Source of the DNA: Octopus bimaculoides
Taxonomy: Eukaryota
Direction of reading: 5' to 3'
Assembly (NCBI RefSeq): GCF_001194135.2
Contig: NC_068984.1
Coordinates: 95,215,961 to 95,279,790 of the forward strand
Length of the DNA: 63,830 nt
Part shown: piece after piece, positions 25,422 through 38,039 of the stretch
Layout: every line of letters starts with the position of its first letter
Numbering within the stretch: the first letter of the stretch is position 1
Translations under genes and position numbers: made by a program
Notes under the pieces: generated by a model
Seen by the model: the letters and a program-made list of their open reading frames with translations, nothing else
The model's database searches: none
Told to the model about the DNA's origin: nothing

Positions 25422-26998
25422 GTCAGTCTTATCATTCTTTAAAAGGTGTAATGAATAGATTGAACATGTGTTTTAGAAGTTGACCATATTAATGTTATGT
25501 TTTTTTTTTAATTATCTTGGGCAAGGGCATTCTGCAGCTTTGGGTCAAACAATGTTTTGTGTGTGGAATCTTGTTGAAAGAAACTGTTTAGAAGCCAGGT
25601 AAATACATGTATCAGAATTTGTTTACATATATAAAACACTGCATCAAAAGTTAAGTCATTTGGTAAATAGAGTTTGATAAAATATGTTCCACTCCAAAAT
25701 GAGTACTGAGTTCAGTATGATCAACTGAAAAGCCAGCATGAAAAGTGGACATAAAATGATGAACTTGATGCCTTATATTGATGATTCTTCAGTTTCTATA
25801 GTAATATAGACATTACCAAAGTTGCAATAAATATAATTTCTTATTGAACATTTTTGTGATAAATGCCTCATTTTTCACATTTAAGATGTGCCATGTAGAG
25901 CACATTTCTATCTCAATATAGTTATCTTCATCCCTTTGCTTTTTCATCTGAAGGCAGGGTGTGATAGAGTATTTGAGAATGTTATATAACAATGAACATT
26001 GGGTTTTAGGTACCTGAAGTTGATGTTTGATGTATAGTGGTGTAGTGAAGACTCTCTCTAGTAGCTGGAAATATTTTGTGGCAGGTAACACAGAACTTAA
26101 TCTAGTGTTCTATAATGTTTGTAAAATATAAGGAGTGAAAAAAGAGGAGCTTCAGTTAGAGTAGAAGAATAGCTAAGTATGGTTATTCTGAATCTGCTGC
26201 ATGACCTTGAGAAACTTACTGTATTCTAGGCTTTATATGCAAGTCAAAAGTTTGTGTGAATCTTGGTGACATCGTTGAAATGTATCCTTTGGATGTTAAA
26301 CCAGTGGAACTAAGGATGATCATGAGGAAGATGCCAGCAGCAGCAATGATGATGATAATTGATGCTATTGTTTTTCAGTTCCTGATGGACCCATATCAGG
26401 CAGACCTGATCAAAAGCATTCCAGTTATGGTTAACTCATCTGTGTTTTTCAGACAGAGTACATCTGGGACTACATTATCCAATGTGTCTATTCCTTTTTT
26501 CATGTGATGGGCTGTGATATGAGAGCAATTTGGCTACTATTTGTTGCAAGTCAAGTGACCACATAGAGACTTGCTCATAGCAGTTGTCAAATCACTCAGT
26601 ACTGTTAGTTTCTTGTTTGAATCTGCTGATAGGTAAAGAGGAGTCCTTTTGAGAGCAGCAATATTTTGGGTGCTCCTCAAACCATGGAACATTTGCAATG
26701 AACAGTAAATATACCCAGTATAGCTTTTCAGTGAAAACACACACATACAATCTACAAGTGTATACATGCATGCACAGGTTCCTACACATGCATCAATTAG
26801 CATGCACATCTGTACACATATATGCCTTGACACTATTGAAGAAAGAAGCACATCTCAATTGCAGATCGGAGGAGGGTGCATATCTGATATTGTGAAGGTA
26901 GTTTGGAGTTTCTAGCTGAAGGTGAACTCTTTATAACTCTATTGTATGTGGTAGGGTATGTTCCATTTGTAATTTACTACCTTTATCTTTCTTTTCAG

Positions 26999-27093
26999 AA
27001 GTGGCAAGTCCTCCATACAAAAAGTTGTGTTTCATAAAGTATCCCCAAATGAAACCCTGTTCCTTGAAAGCACTAACAAAATAGTCAAAGATG
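26999..27093 (+). CDS. RRAGC: RagC/D exon: P-loop and switch I ([32 protein letters not shown])
   Basis: ttttcAG acceptor, G|GTAAGT donor; 95 nt, phase 2 to phase 1; completes G1 motif GLRRSGKS. Confidence 0.96.
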
Positions 27094-28353
27094 GTAAGTC
27101 TGATAAGTTTATTAGTTTCAGTGAGGGCAGAGGAATAGTTTTGATTCTTTCATGTGATTTTATATTTCCATCTTATTGTATACATATATTTCTGAAATTG
27201 GCCATTTTGTTTGTAGTCATTAGTTCCATTTAGAGTATACATATCAACTCTAATGTGCTCCAAAGTTTGATTTTGTCCCCTAGACTTTTCACCCTGTATA
27301 TCAATTAACATCTTTCCATCAGTTCCAGCAACTCCCACTCCTAAACAGATGACACCACCCTTCATTCATCCCTAACCTTCTGTATCTGAGCATTATTCAC
27401 GTGCAAACTATAAGCCTCTGATGCTACATATGGTGGGCCTCACTATCACTGATGATCTCTGTGAAAGCCATGGGAACACTCTCTTCCTCTAGACTAGATC
27501 TATAAAGAAAAAAACTATATTGTATTTCTGGGGGAGGGGGATATTTCTGGAAGAAATATTCCAGTGTCAGGGTCACCAATTTTAGTGAGTTGGCTACCAA
27601 CTATATTGTTTTGCATTGAATACTATCATTTATGATATTGTCTAATATTCTCATGTTTTGTAATCTAGTTTTATTATATAGTTTTGTATTATAGTGCTTA
27701 GTCTTGAATATAATATTGCATGGTATAATATTGTAGACATCTACTGATGTTCATGTAAACCATTTCAATCTTCGCATGGTCAGGCCTTCAGTGACTAAAC
27801 TAGCAACCCTCAGAAAGCTTGCTTGGTAAGGAAGGTGATCATTGGAATGAAAAGCAAAATCTGTCAAGATGGACAGAATGATTCAATAGTTAACCTACTG
27901 ACTAAGTTTTCTATGGCATTCTCTTAGATGTGTGGTGACATGTCACACTGTGACTGTCTTCTGGCCAACCACCACAATAGTTGTAGGATCAGTATGTTTT
28001 GGCATGTTCTTGCTCACTATGTTTACATCATCTTATTGAAAAATTTTTACTAATAATTCCAAAAGCTATTAACACTTGCAAACATCCCTCTGAAATAATG
28101 TCAACTATTCAAAATGATATCTGATTGATTGCTCCCTGAGTTGCCAAGCATCTCTTTGCTCTGAGACGTAGCAAACAATTTAGTAGGATGCAAGAAAATG
28201 AGCCTTTATCTAGCCCAGTGGAATGATAGGAGACTACTAAATAGAAGAAATAAAGATCAACCAAAAATGCAATTGTGGCACTAGCTGGAAACACACAACA
28301 TTGATATAGTTGTCCTTTGTGATATGAGTACACATTCTCTTGGAATAAGAAAC

Positions 28354-28645
28354 TGTAGTGAGACATGAAAGCACTATTTTGTTGTGGTGGATTAGCTCAG
28401 TCATGCTATGCCCATTTCATCCATTTAGAGTTGGCTGCGGAAGGATACATGTGACAACTTCCGCCCAGCACTATATGTGCGTTTTTCAAAGAGCTAAATT
28501 AGTTGCTTCATAAACAAAACATGCCATCTGACATTTATTTCTACATACACTTTATTCCACATTATATTGTGACATTATCTTCCAACACATTACATTCAAA
28601 CATGTTACAACTTTGAACCCGTTACTTTAGTGACAACCTATAACA
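28354..28645 (+). repeat. 5' LTR of the Gypsy element (TG...CA, internally deleted)
   Basis: Begins TGTAGTGAGACATG, ends CTATAACA, followed by PBS-like TGGTAACC; lacks about 280 bp present in the 3' LTR. Confidence 0.8.
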
Positions 28646-31600
28646 TTGGTAACCAATCCATTAGATTAAAGATATACGTCTGATGTTGACTGATTTTCCC
28701 CCGCTCACTGCCATTTGTAAAAAAATTTTGATCCTGCTTCATTTTGGGTTTGTTTTACAGTCAATTGAGAGGAGAATAGAACAAATCACTGAGGATTAAT
28801 ATTTCTTTTCTTTGAGAACTGTGCTCACAACATTTTATTAATTCATACATACTACATTTCTTTGCCAGTATGAATCACTCTTTGTTACCAGCGTTCAATG
28901 GTTATGTAAGAGTTGGGTTTGCGCAAATAGTGTCATACTTTACTGCAAACGATATTAACTTGGGGCAGCAACAGCTGCATATTTTACTGAGTGCCATCCC
29001 TTCTTCATTAGCTGTTCATTTGAAGGATCTTATAACAGACCCACCTAAGGATGCATCTTATTTTTCAATAAAGAATAAAGTTCTCTGTAGAATGTCTCTT
29101 TCAGCAGAGAAACACTTTTGTAGTTGGTTAATGAGGAACACATGGATGACTGGATGCCAAGCCAACTCCTATGCAGGATGCAGGAAGTTACTGAGGGATC
29201 ATCTGAGGACAACTCCATGATTAAACAGTTTTTCTTCTCCTGTTTGCCATCAAATGTACAGGCCATCCTTGCTCCTACGATGGAGGTCAGTTCAGTAGAT
29301 CAGTTGGTTTCTTCAGCTGATAAAATATTAAAATATACTGGCAACAGAGATGCTGCTGTTTTTTCTTCTCCTTCTACAGTAGCAACTACTTCTCCTGAGG
29401 CTGATTCGATGCAATCAACGACTCTACAGACCATTCTTGATTTAACTAAAGAGGTGAAGAGATTATGTGCTGTGCAGAATTTTTCACACCGAAGATCATT
29501 CAGTTGTTCGTCCTCTCCTACATGGACACTGAGCATGACAGCTGCTCACAGTTTGTACCCTCGTACTCATGCATTTTTTGTTGAGGACTTATCGCACCAA
29601 CTTTTCCTTGTCAATCCTGGTGCTGGCTGCAGTATTTGGCCAGTAAAATTCATTAAAGATAAACCTCCTCTTGCAAGCAGTGAACCACTCACCTATTCTG
29701 ATGTACTGGCAAGTCTCTCTTTCTTCGGATTTGGCTCTGCGTTGTAATTTTAAATGGATTTTCATCATAGCTGACCAGCCTTACCCAACCCTTGGTGCGG
29801 ATTTTCTCCACCACTATTCTCTTATGTTCAGAAGCAGTGGCTTTTGGACAGCACTATAAACTTTTCTATTTTGGGGCAAAAATTGAGTATTTCATTGGTT
29901 ATCCTGACATTCTTTACTGCAGCGTCTGGAAACTTATATTGCTTTTAAGCTCTTACCCAGAGCTCACCAACCTGAGTTTCCAGGGGAATAATCCTACTCA
30001 CTCAATGAAATATTTCATTTCTAGGGATAGTGCTCTAGTGTTTTCATGTCCTTGTCATCTGCCTCTGGAGATGCTCAAAGCAGCAAAGGTAGAATTTGAT
30101 CACTTGCTGGAGCTCGAGATTATCCGCCCTTCCACAAGCCAATGGGCCTCACCCCTGCACATGGTCCCCAAGAGCTCTGATGATTGGAGACCTACAGTAA
30201 AAGTTAGACGTCTTAATGCTATCACCACTCTTGATAGGTTTCCAATTTCTCTTCTACAGGATTTTGCTTCCCCACTGCTTGGATGTACTGTGTTTTCCAA
30301 GCTCGATCTCATGAGGGCTTATCACCAAATACCTGTTCACCCTGAGGATGTTCTGAAGACTGCAGTTACAACCCCATTTAGCTCCTTTGAATTCTTGACT
30401 TTGCCATTTGGCCTTCACAATGCTGCCAGCACATTTCAGCAGTTCATAGATGTCATTTGTGGACTGGACTTTGTCTATGCATATATTGATGATCTCTTTA
30501 TTGCCAGTTCTTCAGCTGCAGAGCATGTTCATCATTTAAAGCTGCTCTTCCAGCATCTAAACCAATTTCAAGTTCAGATTAACCCTGTTAAATGTGTTTT
30601 TGACACATCCTCTCTTGTGTTTCTTTGCCGTATTATTGACAAAGAGGATATTCAACCTCTTCCAGAAAAGGTGTGGGCTATTAAGGACCTTCCTCCTTCT
30701 CCTTCCCTTTGCCTGCCTTGGATTGCTAAGTCTTTATAGACGTTTCATTTCTTGCTGTGCTGGGCCTCTGTCTCCTCTTATTGAGCTCTTAAAGTATTGT
30801 CATAAGAAGAATGAAGTTATTGTATTGACTCTGGCCCAGATGGAAGCTTTTGATATTGTTAAACATGAACTTGTTAAAGCATCTTTCCTCGTACATCCTG
30901 TCTTCAATGCAAAGCTTTCGCTTGTGGTTGATGCATCGAACACAGCTGTTGGCGCCATTTTACAACAGTTTCATGAAGGACACCTGCAACCTCTTGCCTT
31001 TTTCTCTCAGCAGCTGAAACCTGCCAAGACTTGTTACAGCCTCTTTGGTCGCAAATTGTTAGTGATCTACCTTTCGGTAAAGCATTTCCAGCATACCCTT
31101 GAAGGGAGGAACTTTATCATCTATACTGATCATAAGCCTCTTACTTTTGCCTTATGATCCAAGCCTGAGAAGTATTCACCGAGGTAGACTAGACACCTGG
31201 ATTTCATATCTCAATTTACCAGTGACATCCAGCACATCTCTGGAGCTCAGAACACTGCTGCAGATGCATTTTCCCACCTTCCAGTGAATTCTTTGTTATC
31301 TACTTCTGAAATAGACCTGACTGTTTTATCCTCTGGACTCACTTGACACATCTTCTCCTGAATTTGTAACATGCAAATTCAAATACCTGCCTCTACCAAC
31401 TGTTGACATGCAGATCTTGTGTGATGTGTCAATGGATTCGCGTAATCCTTTCATCCCAGGAACCCATTGTTGAGCTGTATTGGAAGCTTTGCACAGTCTT
31501 TCTCACCCTGGAGTTTTGGCCTCAGTAAAGCTTATCATAATGGCTAAATTCTTCTGGCCAAATATGAGACACGACATTACTGAATGGATCCGATCTTGCC

Positions 31601-32699
31601 TTCAATGCCAGAAGTCGAAGGTGCATAAGCACATCTGTGCCCCTTTTGGCACTTTTAGTACTCTTGATGTGCGTTTCTGCCACATTCATATTACCTGAAG
31701 CCATTCTGCTAAGTGATATTTCTGCTGAACCTATAGTGCAAGCCCTGGTATCAGGATGGATATCATGTTACAGTGTTCCTGCCCTCGTTACTACAGACTA
31801 TGGTAGACACTTTGAATTTCACCTTTTTTTTTTGGAGCTCACAAAAATCATCGGTGCTCAATGGACTCGAACTACCAGTTATCATCCTGCATCTAATGTA
31901 ATGGTGGAGCACTTCCATCACCAGTTGAAAGTCGCATTTTGTGCCTATCCTGATACTCAGTGCTGGAACGGAACGAGTACCTCCTCAAAGTACTCCTTGG
32001 CATCCAGACTTCATTTAAGGAGGACCTTGGATTCTCCCCAGTTGAGATTTTGTAAGGTGCTCTTTGTCTTTGCCTGGGCAGATACTTGCCCCAGTCAATC
32101 TTTCTACTCAGGATCCTGCACTCTATGTGAACTGCCTACATGCGAACTTTCAAGTCCTGCACCAAGCCATTAAACTTTCAGTCCTGAGGGACATTGCCTT
32201 GTGGATCCATGTTTTCATTAGAAATGATGCAAAAGTCCTCTCACTCCACCTTACTCTAGACCTTATTGCATGCTGGCATGCTCAGACAAACATTTTACTA
32301 TTGACTATAATGGGTCTAGAGACACAGTTCCCATAGATAGACTAAAAAAAGGCCTTCACAGATGCTCATACCCTGGAGCCCCCCCCCCTCACACTGTTAC
32401 ACACACACACACACACACACACCTCCCCTACCTTCACTAACATGCATCACAACAGCCCACAGTGGTCGTCATGTTCATTGACCCAAGGAACTGTGTAAAA
32501 CTATTTTCATATGAATTGACCTTTAATGCCTATTATTGTCTTGCATTTTTTCTTAATATATTCATAATGTTTTCTTTTTTCCAGTATTTGAACGTTTGTT
32601 AACTTTTCATGTATACAATGTATTTTTTCTTTTGCCTTTGCTTTGCATTTTTCATTCTTCCTGCTTGTTTGTAACGACTTTCAGTCTGCAGTGGGGTAG

Positions 32700-33272
32700 T
32701 GTAGTGAGACATGAAAGCACTATTTTGTCATAGTGGCATAGCTCAGTTGTGCTATGCCCATTTCATCCAATTAGAGCTGGCTGTGGAAGAACATATGTGG
32801 CTACTTCTGCCCAGCAGTGTACACGTTTTTCAAAGAGCTAAATCAGTTGCGGATTTGATGGCCCTAGTGGCAACATTACTCTTTCTGCTATGTATGTTTT
32901 ACATTGTTCACTATCAACACTGCACAACTCATTTTGACTTATATCTATAATCATTCTGAAGCATATAAGCTACCAAGGTTAAATACTTAGTAAGTCATGC
33001 AAAATTCATTCATGTCTCGCTACGTCTCTCTCATTCTTCCAATGCTCTACAATTTTTAGCATTCACACACAAAGATAAAAATTAATTCTTTACTTAGCAT
33101 TTATCAACAATCCTAAATAAATTACTATGCTTCATAAACAAAGCATGCCTTCTGACATTTATTTCTACATACACTTCATTCCACATTATACTGTGACATT
33201 GTTATATTCCAACACATTACATTCAAACATGTTACAACTTTGAACCCGTTACTTTAGTGACAACCTATAACA
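32700..33272 (+). repeat. 3' LTR of the Gypsy element
   Basis: Immediately follows the PPT; begins TGTAGTGAGACATG, ends CTATAACA. Confidence 0.85.
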
Positions 33273-33629
33273 TTGGTAACCAATCCATTAGATTAAAGAT
33301 ATACGTCTGATGTTGACTTTGCCATTATGGACAGTATTGCGGTTAAATCAGACCAGAAACCAGTTGCTCTTAGTGACCAGATGATAAGTTTGGGAATTCC
33401 CATTAGAAGGGATTCTATGCCACTTAGCTCAACATTTTTGCAAAATTATTGATCGTTAAACTGAGCAAGAAAATTGCTATAGTCCTACTTCAAATTCAGT
33501 GTGTGTTTAGAAGAAGTACAATGAACTAGATTATCTGTCTATATCAGATCCAATAGAAATATGCGGAATAGAAAAAATGATCAACAATTTTGCAAAAATT
33601 TTCCAGAATTTGTTTTCTACAATTTGGAA

Positions 33630-34810
33630 AATTATAGCAAGTAATGAAATCCTTCAATAGTTCCTGCAGTCATTCTTGTTGTGCTTCTTAAATATGGGGA
33701 TGATGCTAGCATCCTTCCAGTCATATGGGGCATCACCAACATCATCTGGTGGAGACATCTAATGGTATAGTGTCCACCATTTCCCATACTTCTGCTGGGA
33801 CTAACGACTCTGATTTTAATTGACTTCATGAAGGTATTCAGCACAGTAAACCAATTGAGCATGTGGAAGGTAGAAAATTCACTTGTCTGATTGAGTTCCT
33901 GACAGCTTGAGTTATGCAGTTGAACACCAGCTCTGCACAATTTAATCTTATAGTGGAATTCAAGCAGAACTGACTCTGTGCTATGCTAACATTATTCTCA
34001 CTTTGTCTGACAGCAGCACTCAAGGAGGTATTCTATAACTCCATTGAAGTTATATGCATATAGCCAAGATTTCGAAGCTAAGATTTACATAAATCTTAAA
34101 GTGAGAAATGTTGTTTGCTGATGATTGAGCCCTGGTTTCTTATCATGCAGAGGACATGCAGAGACTGGTGGATGCTTTTGGCAGTGCAACCACAAAACTT
34201 GGCTGGAAAATTAACATCTTGTAGACGGAAATTCTCTGTCAGCTAAACAAAGTTGCATAAACCAAGCTTATCAACATTGAATAAAAGTTGACAAAGCCAA
34301 GTCACTTTACCTATCTGGACATTGCAATCAGTTGTGATGATAAAATCAGTAAGGAACTAGATTGCAGGATGAATAGAGCCAAGTTGGCATTTGGAAGATT
34401 GAGAGTGCCACTGTGAAACAACTGGCATGCAGTTGTCTGAGTGAAGGGCTAAGCAATTGTATTATCTACTCTAGATTGGAATCATGGATGTTACACTTCA
34501 AACAGGTAAATAAAACTGTATGTATTCAAAATGAGACATCTGAGGTAAATCATGAATATTACTCAAGACAGGTCAGAGACACTTTTATTCTAGGGCTTTC
34601 CCTAATATGAAAGAGATATTGGTACAGTGAACCCTCAGGTAGCTCTGCATGTCCAAACAATGAAGAAAACTCAGTTTTCAAGACAAATGCTATATTCATA
34701 ACTGGCTAGTTGTACAAGAAATCAGAGTAGACCACATTTGAAATACAAGGATATGGTTAAAGACAACTTGAGGGGATTGAATATTGACATATACAGCTGG
34801 ATCACAAGAA
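33630..34810. mobile_element. Old RTE (BovB-like) fragment with inverted 5' segment
   Basis: Minus 33630-34030: WKDASIIPIFKK...DCRNY.RISLL. Plus 34080-34810: LFADD.AL...MQRLVDAF...KLAFGRL...KYKDMVKDNL. Confidence 0.7.
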
Positions 34811-35282
34811 TCTAGTATAGAGGCCTACAGAGTTTGAGATTATGTCTATGGATAGTTATCATTGGTATCAATGGACAGTCTGTGATTGATGAAATAGAAT
34901 CTATTGTAATATTGTATGCTATTGTGTAGTATTGTACATAGTACAGTATTGTATAGCTTAATTGTTTAATTTGTAATAGACTAATGACTGAGTGGAAGAG
35001 ATCTTATCAAGTAGCCTGTCTTATGTTCACCAGCAATATCCAATTTGCAACTTGCATCAGTATGTGCTGGTATGACCATGTAGTGTCTGTCTTCCCCGAG
35101 CATAACTCATTAATTTTCAACTCCTGGTAATATATTATATTATGTTTATTTCTATCAACTGAAATAGTTAACACAATATGACATACTACCAACAGTTTTA
35201 TGCTAATTGAGATAATTGAGATCATGATGATGATTATTGTCACTGTTGTCATTCTTTTCCAATCTATATTACTCTCACACAG

Positions 35283-35416
35283 ATATTTCTAACAGTTCAT
35301 TTGTCCAATTCCAAGTATGGGATTTGCCTGGTCACATAGATTTCTTTGATACTCTATTTGATGTCGACAAAATATTTCGTGGTTGTGGTGCCTTGATTTT
35401 TGTCATTGATGCACAA
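35283..35416 (+). CDS. RRAGC: RagC/D exon: switch II ([45 protein letters not shown])
   Basis: cacacAG acceptor, CAA|GTGAGT donor; 134 nt, phase 1 to phase 0. Confidence 0.96.
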
Positions 35417-35499
35417 GTGAGTATTTTATTTTTATTGATTTATTTTAATGTAGTTAGTGTGAGAAGGTTAAGTTCCTATAGCCTTTTTCAGCTCCTCCT

Positions 35500-35717
35500 A
35501 GATTGGGTGAGGGTAGCATAGTTGATATTTAAATTGAATTATTACATGAAAAGTATGATTAAATAGTCTACCTGTTTTATGTTCAAACTAGCCAGATTCA
35601 ACCTTTCAGATTGGGTGAGGGTAGCATAGTTAATATTTAAATTGAATTATTACATGAAAAATATGATCAAATATTCTACCTGTTTTATGTTCAAACTGGT
35701 TAGATCCAACCTTTCAG
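35500..35717. repeat. Tandem duplication, 2 x 108 bp
   Basis: Units start at 35500 and 35608 (agattgggtgagggtagcatag...); about 90% identical by eye. Confidence 0.9.
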
Positions 35718-35860
35718 GCTTACCCTGCAATGTAATTCTAAAAACAAACAATAACATCATTGAAATCTCAAAGCTACAAGATAGTACAGGATTAATTTTT
35801 AAAAAATATGAATAAATAAGCATTACGTTTGACAAAGTAATCTGAATGCTAAAGGGTTAA
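35660..35860 (-). mobile_element. Partial piggyBac-like MITE
   Basis: Ends ...aatctgaatgctaaagggTTAA (35860); a related terminus TTAAccctttagcatttaaacc occurs at 63446-63467. Confidence 0.55.
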
Positions 35861-36439
35861 GGTTTCTTAGGATATCTTCCACTTCAGAATTTTAATTTTC
35901 CTGTTAACCTAGTATTATGGAAAGATATTTTCCTTACTTGCTATATTTAGGATAATTTTTTTCCATCTGGATTTAAGTACATCATAGGAAAATTATTCAA
36001 ATTATATTGCAAACAATTTTTAAAATTCTAGTTGATCTTAATATATATTTTTTAATGCAACCCTGATCAAAATTTGCTTTTTTGTTTCTCTTTTAGATTT
36101 ACATATATTTTCTAATTCTGTAAATATTTGTATTTGTAAGGATTTTTGTTCTTATTTATATTCAAATTGATTACTGTCAATAATAAAATAACCAAATAGA
36201 ATGGTACATATCTGTGCTTTGGATCTGTCTAGAAATAAAGACAAAGAAAGGGAAGTTCCATTTTTGATATACACATGCAAGAATACATGCAGACAACTAG
36301 TTGCAAAGTTGATAGTTGGTTGATAAGTAAAAGTGATAGTAAAGGTTGAGGTTGAGTGAGCAAACAGCAGAAAGTACACACACACAAATTTACCAAGAGA
36401 AAAGCTTACAAGATGTAGTTCTTTTCACTCAAATATATA

Positions 36440-36630
36440 TAAATATAATGGCTGCCCCCTCGTTATCGAGTATGGCCATTGCTGCTGTGATTGAATGTGA
36501 CTTTTTAGCCCAGCCAAAGATCTACAATGTCTTGTACAGAATTGGCAGCTAAAACTTTTATTAGCAATAGCTGGCTGTAGTTGTAATTGGGCTTCATGTA
36601 CCTTTGCATGTCGTTTAAGTCCTCCCACTG
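36440..36630 (-). mobile_element. RTE 3' end encoding C2H2 zinc-finger remnants
   Basis: GLKRHAKVH...FSCQFCTRHCRSLAGLKSHIQS, followed by SITRGQP and an AT-rich tail. Confidence 0.7.
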
Positions 36631-36639
36631 AATCATACT

Positions 36640-37500
36640 CCCTTCCACGTACCTAACAGGTATGATTAGTATGGTGTATAGCGCCACCACCAGCGGCCTG
36701 GTAGTCGATCATCAGTCTCGCTTTATGACTACGAAGATGACTCTTGAGTCCAGCTTTACTGAGGCAGGGTCTTGCACAGACACTGCATGTCAGCGTCATA
36801 GGAAGACCTTTACCGTCTGGAAGTGCAACAGCGACGCCCTTCTTGACATCCCTCCTTACTTTCTCATGCACACCTCGAGATTTCTCAAAAGTAGCTGTCC
36901 CCTCATGCACAATGCTTCTCCACCTGCTACGGTAAATAGCTGTGCCTCCCCACCATGTGTCAGGAGAGATGCTAGCATCTCTCAAGGAAGTCTTCAAGTC
37001 TTTATACCTCTTTTTTGGTGGAGGTTGTTCTCCTTTAGCTAACTCTCCATAAAAGAGTTGTTTTAGCATCCTTGAATCTTTCATCCTGACCAGATGACCA
37101 CTCCATCTGAGACTTTGCCTCAACACAAGAGCGAAAGTACAGAAGTACTTTCGCACTGAGAGCTTTCTAATATCTCAAGATCACTGATGCGGTCCTCCCA
37201 CTTAATGCCATAGATCCGTCTGAGACACATCTGATGGAAACATTCCAGTTTAAGGTGGTATTGATATGTGACCCAGGTCACACAGGAATAAAGAAGAGAA
37301 GAGAGCACACACGCCTTGTACACCTTTATCTTTGTCTTCCAGCATATGTCTCGCCAACTCCAGAGGCACCTTTTTAGCCTTCTGAAAGCATCACTTGCTT
37401 TCCTAATTCTGTATGGAATTTCCAGAATCCCAAAAAATATTTTTCACTTCTGTCTCACAATTTAGGCATTTGCTGTCTCATTCAATTTTGTTACCAAAAT
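36640..37500 (-). mobile_element. RTE family B (BovB-like), 3' part with C-terminal C2H2 finger
   Basis: KVYKACVLSSLLYSC, CLRRIYGIKWEDRI, LRWSGHLVRM, KQLFYGEL, CSVCARPCLSKAGLKSHLRSH. Confidence 0.88.
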
Positions 37501-38039
37501 CCCAAAGAATATTCTCCTCGTGATGTATTTACTGCCTGATCCCCTCTCTCTCTCTGCCTCACTCTCTCTTTCTCTCTCTCTCTCTTCGATTTCCACCCGG
37601 TCTGCCATCTTCCCCCCCTCCCTTACCCTAACTCTATATAAACCAGGTCAATATTCTACTTTCTCCTAATCGAGTTCGAATTTCTCTGCTGACAGAATAC
37701 GAAATCCAGAAGATGAATAGCTAAGACCTTTACTTTCAACCTTTCATATACTCCTATTTCAGTGTTGATCATAATCTCCCCCCCACATCCGTCCGTTCTT
37801 TATTATCTATCTATTTCTTTACCATGTAAACATCACCCATTTTGATTCATCTCTCTGTTTGTCTTAAATTCATGCAATCCTTTAATTGCCATGCTTTATT
37901 TATTTTCTTTACTTTATTCAGGTTTATTGTTCCTTTAACTCATTCTCTCTAAATTTGTCTACTATAGTATAAAAGTGCAGAAGTGGCTCTCACTTTAAAC
38001 TTGCTGGCTCGCAGTATGCCCCCCCCCTCCCCCAGTACC

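Larger units (their letters stand above)
28354..33318 (+). mobile_element. Ty3/Gypsy LTR retrotransposon (CsRn1-like clade), decayed, in a RagC intron
   Basis: Gag (FAQIVSYF...ITDPPKDASY), RT (WASPLHMVPK, YAYIDDL), RNase H (LVVDASNTAVGAILQQ), integrase zinc finger (HSLSHPG...CLQCQ) and TSYHPASN; PPT gtggggtag at 32691-32699; many stops and frameshifts. Confidence 0.93.
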
